A stretch of 64,000 nucleotides of DNA from an uncultured virus (IMG/VR IMGVR_UViG_2061766007_000682) (lineage: Duplodnaviria > Heunggongvirae > Uroviricota > Caudoviricetes): the IMG/VR virus record IMGVR_UViG_2061766007_000682, one strand, 5' to 3'. The notes below the pieces were generated by a model, which saw only the letters and a program-made list of their open reading frames with translations, made no database searches and was not told the DNA's origin. This document shows positions 9,773 through 19,500 of the stretch, piece after piece. Position numbers and translations under genes: made by a program. Each line of letters opens with the position of its first letter. Within the stretch, counting starts at the first letter, position 1.

Positions 9773-10120
9773 ATGAAGTTTGCTGGGATTGTCGGGTTTG
9801 AAATATTTTCAGAAGACGTCCCGGGCGTTTTTAAGCCTACTATAGTTGAGAAATTCTATAGGGGTAATGTCGAACAGGAAGTAAGACGATTATATCCTAG
9901 TGATAAAACTATTAACAATGACATAAACATTGATGATAGAATAAAAATCGTCGCTGACCCATTTGCTCAAACGAACTATCAGCAGATACGATTTGTTGAG
10001 CATTTGGGCGCCTGTTGGACAGTTAAAACGGTCGACGTTAGAAACTATCCTAGTATGTTATTATATTTAGGAGGTGTGTATAATGGCGAACGACAACCCA
10101 AGGCAGACGAAACGACTTGA
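9773..10120 (+). CDS. Head closure/stopper-like protein
   Basis: Position after capsid; beta-rich, ends LGGVYNG. Confidence 0.6.
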   Translation: MKFAGIVGFEIFSEDVPGVFKPTIVEKFYRGNVEQEVRRLYPSDKTINNDINIDDRIKIVADPFAQTNYQQIRFVEHLGACWTVKTVDVRNYPSMLLYLGGVYNGERQPKADETT

Positions 10121-10415
10121 GTTCCATAGAAAATTGGAATCAATCCCGGGTGTTCGGAAAGCGTATTTTCAACGCCCGCCTACTAATGGAATGATATACC
10201 CATGTATATTATACAAGGCTGAACCAACGGTTAAATATTATGCAAATAATATGCCTTATATGATGGGTACCAATTACACAGTGTATTACATTCATACAGA
10301 TCCGGATGACGAAGTTGTTGATTATATTATTCAGCATTTCCAATATGCTAGTCATGATCAGCAATATGTAGCAGATGGATTATATCATGATGTATACAAT
10401 ATATTTTATAAATAG
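10083..10415 (+). CDS. Tail terminator-like protein
   Basis: YFQ.PP...YPCI.Y motif; directly precedes major tail genes. Confidence 0.65.
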   Translation: MANDNPRQTKRLEFHRKLESIPGVRKAYFQRPPTNGMIYPCILYKAEPTVKYYANNMPYMMGTNYTVYYIHTDPDDEVVDYIIQHFQYASHDQQYVADGLYHDVYNIFYK

Positions 10416-10429
10416 GAGGAAAATGCTTT

Positions 10430-11107
10430 ATGACAAAGCTTCTTTGGGATCAGACCGGCGATAAGCTCTATTCCACTGGTGTTGACCGCGGCGTTCTTTA
10501 TGTGAACGATGGTACTGCATATCAGGATGGCGTAGCTTGGAACGGTCTTACATCCTTCCAGACGTCGTCTGATGGCGGTACGGCTAATGCTATCTATGCC
10601 GACAATATTAAGTATCTCAACCTCATTGCAACTGAGGATAAGAAGGGTACTATTAAGTGCTATACTTATCCAGATGAATGGGAAGAGTGCAACGGTAAGC
10701 GCACAATCACTGGTGCAACTGGTCTTTATGTAAACCAGCAGTCCAGAAGAACTTTCGGTTTCTCTTGCCGCACTCTTATCGGTAACGATACTGAAGGTAC
10801 TGATTACGGTTATAAGATCTATATCGTTTATGGAGCAACTGCTTCTCCGTCTGATGAAGAGTATCAGACAGTAAACGATAACCCGAACGCTATCGAGTTC
10901 TCTTATGAATTTAATACCGTTCCGGTTGACGTAGGTGTTACTGGCATTAAGCCGTGTGCTATCTTCGAGATTAAGTCTACCGATTTCACAAATGATAATG
11001 CCTCTAGACTTACTACTCTTGAAGACTTGCTCTATGGTACTGCTAATTCTGCTCCTACACTTCCTACAGTTACGCAGCTCATTAACATCCTTAGTGGAAC
11101 AACGTAA
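10430..11107 (+). CDS. Major tail protein, short copy
   Basis: WD..G...Y..GVDRGVLY, AWNGL, YADNIKYL motifs; biased codon usage of a highly expressed gene. Confidence 0.9.
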   Translation: MTKLLWDQTGDKLYSTGVDRGVLYVNDGTAYQDGVAWNGLTSFQTSSDGGTANAIYADNIKYLNLIATEDKKGTIKCYTYPDEWEECNGKRTITGATGLYVNQQSRRTFGFSCRTLIGNDTEGTDYGYKIYIVYGATASPSDEEYQTVNDNPNAIEFSYEFNTVPVDVGVTGIKPCAIFEIKSTDFTNDNASRLTTLEDLLYGTANSAPTLPTVTQLINILSGTT

Positions 11108-11122
11108 TAGGAGGGTTTAATT

Positions 11123-12013
11123 ATGACAAAGCTTCTTTGGGATCAGACTGGTGAGAAGCTGTACGCAACTGGTGTAGATAGAGGTGTTCTCTATGTTAAC
11201 GATGGTACTAATTATGGTACTGGTGTTGCATGGAACGGTCTCACATCTTTCCAGACATCTTCCGATGGTGGTACAGCTAATGCCATTTATGCTGATAACA
11301 TTAAGTATCTGAATCTTATCGCTACTGAAGATAAGAAGGGTACAATTAAATGCTATACTTATCCGAGTACTTGGGAAGAGTGCAATGGTAAGCGCGGTAT
11401 ATCCGGAGCAGTTGGTCTTTATGTTGGTCAGCAGTCTAGAAAGACTTTCGGTTTCTCTTGCCGTACTCTTATTGGTAATGACACTGAAGGCACCGATTAT
11501 GGTTACAAGATCTATATCGTTTATGGTGCTACAGCTTCTCCGTCCGATGAAGAGTATCAGACAGTAAATGACAACCCGAATGCAATCGAATTCTCTTACG
11601 AGTTTAATACCGTTCCGGTCGATACTGGCATTACAGGTATTAAGCCGTGTGCGATCTTCGAGATTAAGTCTACGGACTTTAATACAACTGCACTTCAGGC
11701 TAGACTTAAGGCCCTGGAAGACATGCTGTATGGAACTACTACATCGGATCCTACTCTTCCGACAGTAGCACAACTTATTTCTATTCTTAGCGGAACATCT
11801 GGTTACAAGCTTACACTTACACAGGGCGATGATACGACTCTGTCTGTAACTCGTGGTGCTACTGCTTTGGCTAATAATGCTGATATCGCACCTGGCGATG
11901 TTCTTACTATCACTGTAACTGGTGGTACTGTTACGGTCAATGGCGAGGCATTTACATCTGGTAATACTTATACTGTTGCCAGCAATGTTATTGTCGTGTC
12001 TACTAAGACCTAA
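11123..12013 (+). CDS. Major tail protein, long copy with C-terminal beta-rich domain
   Basis: Close paralogue of 10430-11107 plus ~70 aa Thr/Val-rich extension. Confidence 0.9.
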   Translation: MTKLLWDQTGEKLYATGVDRGVLYVNDGTNYGTGVAWNGLTSFQTSSDGGTANAIYADNIKYLNLIATEDKKGTIKCYTYPSTWEECNGKRGISGAVGLYVGQQSRKTFGFSCRTLIGNDTEGTDYGYKIYIVYGATASPSDEEYQTVNDNPNAIEFSYEFNTVPVDTGITGIKPCAIFEIKSTDFNTTALQARLKALEDMLYGTTTSDPTLPTVAQLISILSGTSGYKLTLTQGDDTTLSVTRGATALANNADIAPGDVLTITVTGGTVTVNGEAFTSGNTYTVASNVIVVSTKT

Positions 12014-12078
12014 TAGCAAAAAAATCAAAATGAAGTGGGCGAACCTCTTGTGCTTAGGTCAAGGTCGAAGGTTCAATT

Positions 12079-12113
12079 AGAAGAGAGGCGGCGGGGCTCT
12101 TCTTTTTATTTTT
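12079..12113 (+). terminator. Intrinsic terminator after tail tube genes
   Basis: AGAAGAG / CTCTTCT stem followed by T-rich tract. Confidence 0.6.
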
Positions 12114-12134
12114 ATTAATGGAGGAATGTAAAAA

Positions 12135-12563
12135 ATGTTTAAGAAAACCGTAACTTATGAAGATTTTAATGGCGAAGAGAGAACAGAAACCCTATACTTT
12201 AATCTCACAAAGACGGAACTTGCAAAGCTTGAATACTCCCATGGTGGAGGTCTTACTGAATGGATCAGACGAGCAGTTGAAGCAAAAGATGGCAAGACTT
12301 TGCTCGAGACATTCGAAGAAATTATCAAAGCAACCTATGGCGTTAAGTCCGCAGATGGTAAGACATTTATGAAGTCTGATGCTATCTTTGAGGAATTTAA
12401 GGCTACTAATGCATACGACCAGCTTTACATGGAACTGGTCACAGACGGCGAAAAGGCGGCCCAGTTTATTATTGAGTGCATGCCTAAGGAACTCCGCGAT
12501 AAAGCGGCCGCCGAAGTAAAAAAACAAACTGATGCTAATGCCATCAAGAAAGTAGAGTCCTAA
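12135..12563 (+). CDS. Tail assembly chaperone
   Basis: Y.DFNG.ER.E..YFNL motif; lies between tail tube and tape measure genes. Confidence 0.75.
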   Translation: MFKKTVTYEDFNGEERTETLYFNLTKTELAKLEYSHGGGLTEWIRRAVEAKDGKTLLETFEEIIKATYGVKSADGKTFMKSDAIFEEFKATNAYDQLYMELVTDGEKAAQFIIECMPKELRDKAAAEVKKQTDANAIKKVES

Positions 12564-12566
12564 ATA

Positions 12567-13133
12567 ATGCTAACAATTACGATTAAAGCCTGCCCGGATG
12601 TCTGGGACCCAGTAACAGAAACATTCGACTCCTTGGATCGCGATTGGACAATTCAGTTGGAGCATTCCCTAATTTCGATTGCAAAATGGGAAGCAATTTA
12701 CAAGAAGCCATATCTTTCTGAAGATACTAAGAAAACTACGGAAGAAGTGCTCGAGTATATTAAATGCATGACCATCACTCCAAATGTTGATCCTCACGCA
12801 TACAAATTTCTTAGTAAAGAAAATGTCGAAGATATAGAAAAATACATTAATGATCCTCGAACTGCAACTTGGTTTGCAGAAGATCATCGCCCTGGCGGTG
12901 GAAGATCTAAGATGAGAAAGGAAGTATTAACCTCCGAACTCATTTATTACTATATGACGGCGAATGGAATTAGCTGGGAAGCTCAGAAGTGGCATATTAA
13001 TAGGCTACTTACATTGATCCGTGTTCATGGAGTAAAGGATGAAGGTGGATCTAAGATGTCTAAGAAAGACATCATCAACAGGAATTCTGCACTTAACAAA
13101 GCAAGAAGGATGGCACTTGGCTCGAAAGGATGA
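12567..13133 (+). CDS. Tail assembly chaperone 2-like protein
   Basis: LEHSL.SI.KWE, TSELIYY.M, WH.NRLLTLI motifs; synteny. Confidence 0.65.
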   Translation: MLTITIKACPDVWDPVTETFDSLDRDWTIQLEHSLISIAKWEAIYKKPYLSEDTKKTTEEVLEYIKCMTITPNVDPHAYKFLSKENVEDIEKYINDPRTATWFAEDHRPGGGRSKMRKEVLTSELIYYYMTANGISWEAQKWHINRLLTLIRVHGVKDEGGSKMSKKDIINRNSALNKARRMALGSKG

Positions 13134-13522
13134 GCTTTATGGGCATTTACTTTTCTACAAGCGGTGATTGGAGTAAAACCGAAAAACTGCTTAAGCGAAC
13201 CGCAAAAGATAGTGTAGATTTGAATGTTCTTAGACAGTATGGCGAACTTGGTATACAAAGATTAGCGTATTACACACCTAAAGAAACAGGTGAAACCTCG
13301 GAATCTTGGTACTATGAGATTTCAAGAAATCAAAATAACAAGTATGTCATCACGTTTAAGAACCGAAATAGAGTGAATGGTGTCCCTATAGCCATCATTC
13401 TACAATATGGTCATGCCACAAGAAATGGAGGTTGGGTTGAAGGCCGTGATTATATTAATCCGGCTCTTCGCCCGATCTTTGATAATATGGCCGACAAAGT
13501 TTGGAAGGAGGCGATTAAGTGA
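13130..13522 (+). CDS. Neck/tail completion protein (HK97 gp10-like)
   Basis: TP..TG....SW, LQYGH, YI.PA motifs. Confidence 0.7.
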   Translation: MSFMGIYFSTSGDWSKTEKLLKRTAKDSVDLNVLRQYGELGIQRLAYYTPKETGETSESWYYEISRNQNNKYVITFKNRNRVNGVPIAIILQYGHATRNGGWVEGRDYINPALRPIFDNMADKVWKEAIK

Positions 13523-16500
13523 GTACTAGCATAGACGAACGTGTTGTGTATATGAAGTTTGATAATAAGAACTTTGAAAACAATGCTCAAGACTCTTTGA
13601 GAACACTTGATAAATTAAAAAGTAGTTTAGATTTTAAAGATGTTCAAAGTAAACTTAATAACGTCGATCTTTCTGGATTAAAAAGAAGTATGGGGTCGAT
13701 GTTTGATAACGTTGATACTTCAAAAATGGTATCCGCAATTGATAAACTCGAATATCGAATGTCAACCCTTGGCCAATTTACTGGAAGAATTGTTCAGAAT
13801 GTTGCCGATGATATTTATTCTGTAATTAAAAAAGCATTAGGCGGAATAGAAAAAGTAGTAACTTATGCTGAATCGGGTATAATTCAGGGTGGTTATACAA
13901 GAGCGAGTAATATTCAGTCTGCAAAGTTTAGTTTGGATGGTCTTGGTATCGCGTGGGATGAAATTTCCGGCGACATTGATTATGCAGTTAAAAATACTGC
14001 ATATTCTCTTGACCAAGCAGCGACAATAGCCGCACAATTAGCATCTGCCGGTGTTAGACCAGGAGAACAATATGTTACACTTGGTGGTGAATCACGAGAC
14101 ATAGATACAATGGCTATGATTCTTCGTTCTATTTCTGGTTCTGCATCAATGTCTGGTGGAACAGCTGATTATTCACAAATAGGTGCTATTTATACAAAAA
14201 TGCTTAGTTATGGAAAAGTATACATGACCGAGTTAAATTCTCTTGCTAATTTAACAAGAGTTGGTGTAAAAGCTACTATTGCTAAATATATGTCTGAAAT
14301 TGGTTATGAAGGTCGAAATGATTGGACAGAAGCAGATGTAATTGAAATGTCTCGTAGTGGCGATATTAATCCTATGTTAGTTATCGAAGCTATGTATGAG
14401 GAATTCGGTGAACAAGCTGTAAAGGCAAATTCTACTCTCGAAGGTGTTCTGGCTAATACAAGAGCTGCTTTAGCAAGAATAGGTGCCAATTTCTTTGAAC
14501 CAATTATTGAGAATAATGGTCCTCTTGTTCATGCTTTTGAGGTTTTAAGACAAAGCATTAATGATTTAAATACTGCAATTGGACCTGTAGTTAGTGCTTT
14601 TGGTAAAGATGTTGCCGGAGTAATTGGCAAATTTGCAGATAATTTTCTAGACAAAACTTTAATTGTCGATGAAGAAGGAAACGCTGTTTTAGATAGTAGT
14701 GGCAAAGAACAGTATACATATAGCCTTAAAAAGAAAGGTGGATTATTCTCTGACTTTGTTGAAGACTTATATGTTGGCGAATGGAAGGAAAAAGGAATAC
14801 CCGGACAAAGCGATCACACTTATGTTGACTTTGATGGTGAAGTAACAACAAGAGCTGCTATTATTGCTGAAAATCTTAGACTTTCTGCAATTAATACGAT
14901 GGAAACTTTAAGACTTATTGCTACAGCGATTGGTGATGCTTTTCATGCTGTATTTCCTAATGCAGATAGTTTCGCTGAAACACTTGTCAAAATCTCAGTT
15001 AAAATTAGAGAGATTACAGATGCGTGGAAGAACTCACCTTTCTTAAAAGACGGCGCTTATGAGAAGAGCGGACTGTTTAGAATACTTAGAGGTCTTGCTG
15101 CTGGTATTGATATTGTTATTCAATTCGGATCATCGTTTAAGAAACATATTATTGATCCTATTTTTAATAAAGGAAAAGAAGCGGCGGAGAAGTCTGGTTT
15201 AGGTGGATTCTTTTTAAAGTTCTTTGACTCGATTTACGAGTTTGATCAGAAAATAAAGAACTTTGACGGTGATTATTTTGGACCTTTCTTCGAAAAAACA
15301 AAAGTAATCTTTGGCAAAATAAGAGACGTTGTACAAAAAGGCTTTAAGTTTATAAGTGATAAGTTTGAAATAATAAAGCCAAAACTTGTTGCCTTCTTTG
15401 ATTTTATTAAGCCTAAGGTTAAATCTGCATTTGATAGTATTGTAAATTGGTGGAAACCAGTAAAAGATATTTTGGTTAATAGCGATCTTTCTATACAAGA
15501 GAAATGGGATGCTATTAAGAAATATTTTAAAGATAATTTTGAGATTCCTGGTATGGATAAGCTTAGAAGTCTTAGAGATTTCTTTAGTGAACATTTCGAT
15601 ATGCCAGGCTGGGATAATGTTAAGGATTTCTTTAGCACAATTGGTGACACAATTGGCAAAGGATGGGCAAAAGTTAAAGAGATATTTGGATTCGGTAAGA
15701 AAGAAGATGAAATTAGTTTAACTACTGCTGGTGCTGGACTATCTGGTAATAATGGATTATTTGGTAATGCTGGCAAAGTAGAAACTAATCTTACTATAAG
15801 TCAGGCATTAAATATGCTAGATAAAGACACAGAAAAGATGCCCACCATTATGGAAAGAATAAAGGGATTCTTTGATGGAATAAAGGAAGTATTTACAGAT
15901 TTCGATGTCGATGGTACAAAAGCCGTTTTACTCGGATTTGTAATAGTATTTGGTGTTGCATTTGTTACTATAACATCGTTTATTTATAAGATATTTAAAA
16001 CATTAACAACTGTTGTATTTAATCTTCCAAGATTAACTGAAAAATTGTTAACAAGTTTTAATGAACTGATAAATGGTATATCTGATACAATGCGTGCAAG
16101 TAGAGTAGAAATATATTCAGATGCATTGAAAAATATTGCTGAATCAATTGCTATTCTTGCATTAGTATTCCTAGCCATATCTGCTTTCATATTATTGGCA
16201 GACAAAATAGATCCAAGTGGAAATTATGTTGACAAGCTTATAACCGTCGGTGCCGTTATAGGTATTGTAACTACTGTTCTTGGTGTCATTATTGCTGCAC
16301 TTGCTGCGTATGCTGACACTATGAATAAAATAGTAACTATTACAAAAGCGGGACTAAATATAGTAACAGAAACAGCAGCTTTTGCTGGTATTGCTGCTGT
16401 AATAACAGCATTAGTTACAGGCATTGTTATTATATCCGGTGTTATATTTGCTTTGTCTTTTATGGATGAAAAAAAGTTTAAAGACGGATTAAAACGCTTA

Positions 16501-19500
16501 GCTATAGTTGCAGGGATATTATTTGGAATGACTGCTATTCTTATGGTTTTAGCAAGAATTGTCGGTGTATTTAAATCCATTAAAGGATTCCAAATGAATA
16601 ATGGATCGAAAGTAGCAAAATCGATGGCGGTTAATTTGCTTGGTATTGCATCTATTATTAATGCAATATCAATTGGCCTTGTAGTATTAACAGGCTTAAT
16701 TGCAGTATATGGATATCTATTTACAGATTCGAAGAAATTCTGGACTGGGGTCGGATATTTAGCTGTTGTTGGTGGTCTATTAGTAGCACTAGTGGCAGGT
16801 GTTCTGTATGTTATTCGTAGTGTAGAACGTATGGATATAAAACGAGAAATATCTGTTCCAAAATTAGTAGGTATATTTGCAGGAATGATTGCTATACTTG
16901 GCGCAATTGCGACAGGAATTGTATTCCTTTCTGGTATACTAATTATATTATCCAAAGTGGCAAGTTCTGACACGGGTGCATTCTGGTCTGGAATAGCGGC
17001 ATTGGTCGTCATTGGTGGTTTAATGGTTGCTATTCCTACATTGCTCATGAAATTTAATGCAACCGCTATGTATTCGGAAATTAATGCCGGTAACTTGTTT
17101 AAATTGGCTGGCAGTATTGCTGTACTATCAGTGGCGGCATTAATAATGGCTAAAGCTTTAAGCTTAGTTGCTAATTTGGATACTGAAGGAGTATTAGCTT
17201 CTGCCGCTGCTATAGGCGGTTTGATGCTCGCATGTATGTTACTTACCGGTATTATTATCGGCATATCTAATAGTGATAAAGATGCAGCTAAAACTGGGCT
17301 AGAAACAGTTCTCGCTATGTCACTTATGTTAGCAGCATTATATCCAGTTGCTTTAGCTATTGAGAGAATAGCTAATATGGAATTTGGAGATTATATTGCT
17401 GGAGTATTTGGTATAATTGGTGTACTGGGTGCAGTAGCATTAGTAGCATTAGCTCTTAATCGTTTTACTAAAGATGCCGATATAGACGGAAAGAAATTAA
17501 TAAATGTCGCAAGCACAATGACTATAATGGCTATTGCTTTAATCCCGATAGGAGCGGCTTTAGGATTATTATTTATGTCTCTTGATGGAAGAACTATAAA
17601 TAATGATAATCTTATTACGTCGCTGACCGGATTAGGAGTAATATTCTTTGTTATGGCTATGGTAACAAAGGGCTTGATTGATAGCATGCCTAAGGATCTT
17701 AATTACAAAGGACTATTATCTTCAATTGGTGGAGTAATGGGCTTATCTTTAGCGCTAATACCTATAATTGGAGCAGTAGCTTTGTTAATGTTAGTGATAA
17801 ATAGATCGCCTAATATTGATCCTTGGATGGTGCTTTCAATTTTAACTGGCATATCTTTAACCGTTGTAGCATTAGGAGCAGCGGCTATGTTTATCGCAGC
17901 CACAGCAACAAGACAGCTTACTGATACTAATTCTAAGGCGATGAATAAGCTTGGTAAAGTTATATTTACAATGCTTGCTGGTCTGATGGGCGTAGCAACA
18001 GTATTAAGTTTGTTTGTTTTAACAATGCATGCTTTCAATATTAATCCTGGAGAAATAGGATCAGCGACCTTATCTCTGGCAGCTCTTACTACATTAATAG
18101 TAGGTCTAGGTATGGCAGTTAGTGAAGTTGCGAATAATCAGAAAGTTAATTTGTTATCTGATGAAAAGTATGCTAATATGTTCAAATCCATAGGTATAGT
18201 TATTGCCAGTGTTCTTATAGCTGCGGCATCTATTTCACTAATTAACATGACTAGTGCTGGTGGATGGAGCACACTTCAAAATGTAGTTCCATTGATTCTT
18301 ACATTAGGTGCTGTTATAGGTGCTGTTGCTGGAATTCTTGCTATAGCAAATACTAAATTAATAAATGTTAATAGTTTGTCTAAATTGCCTGCGATGTTGA
18401 TATCTGTTGCAGTAGTGACTGGAGCTATGCTTATATTAGCTGGAGCTATAGTACTGCTTAATAGATTCGCACCCGATAATATTTGGAAATCATTTGGAGT
18501 TTTAGCTGCTTTGGCGGGGTTATTATTAGGTATGACTGCACTATTTGCCGTTATTTCTATGATACCGTTTAACCCGTTACAATTGTCAGCTTTAATAACT
18601 AATATGATACCTCCTGTAATATTAGTTGGCGCTTTAGCTGGAGTAGTTATATTATTAAATAGATTCACATCTGGTAGTATTTGGAGTACATTTGGCGTTG
18701 TTGCTGCTTTGGCTGGAACATTAACAGCCATGATTGCTCTATTAGCGACAATAAGTTTAATGCCATTTGATCCAGTTAAAATGAAATCATTAATTATCGG
18801 ATTAGTAGGATGCGTAGTGGCAATTGGCGGACTTGCTATAGCAATGAGATTGCTTTCAGATATGAGTTGGGAATCTATAGCCGGAAAATTAGCTGTATTC
18901 GTTATAGCTGTTTTAGCGTTAGCTGCTGGTATAGCCCTTCTCGGTAAAATACCTGGTGCTGATTTTGCATGGGCAAGCATGGGAACTATGTTAGTAGGCC
19001 TTGGTGTAACATTAGCTGGAGCTGGTGCTTTATTATATTTGAGTGCAAAAGCATTTAGCGATTTTACGGATGCATTGCTTAATATTAGCGGTAGAGATGA
19101 AGAATTAAAGAGTGGTATGTCAGCATGGACGTCGGCTATTGTTGCTGGATTTGTAACCGGTTTACATGAATTTAATGTACAATGGCCTAATATTCAGCAC
19201 GAAATAGATACGTTCTTAGAGACTATATTCCCATGGTTAGAAAATAAGCTCAGTCAATTGTTAGATCATTTAAAGACCCAAATTGGTACTATAATAGGCG
19301 CTTTGGCGGATCTTGTAGATGATCCTGAGATTCAGGAAGATCTCGCAAGCATAATCACTAATTTACTTGACTGGTTGGATGATCATGTTGAAGACTGGTC
19401 TGAAAAATTAGTAAGTATCGGTGCTAAGATATGTAAGGGTATCGCTAAGGGAATTGTTCATGCTTTGCCTATCGAATTAGCTAACTCGACTATTACAGAT

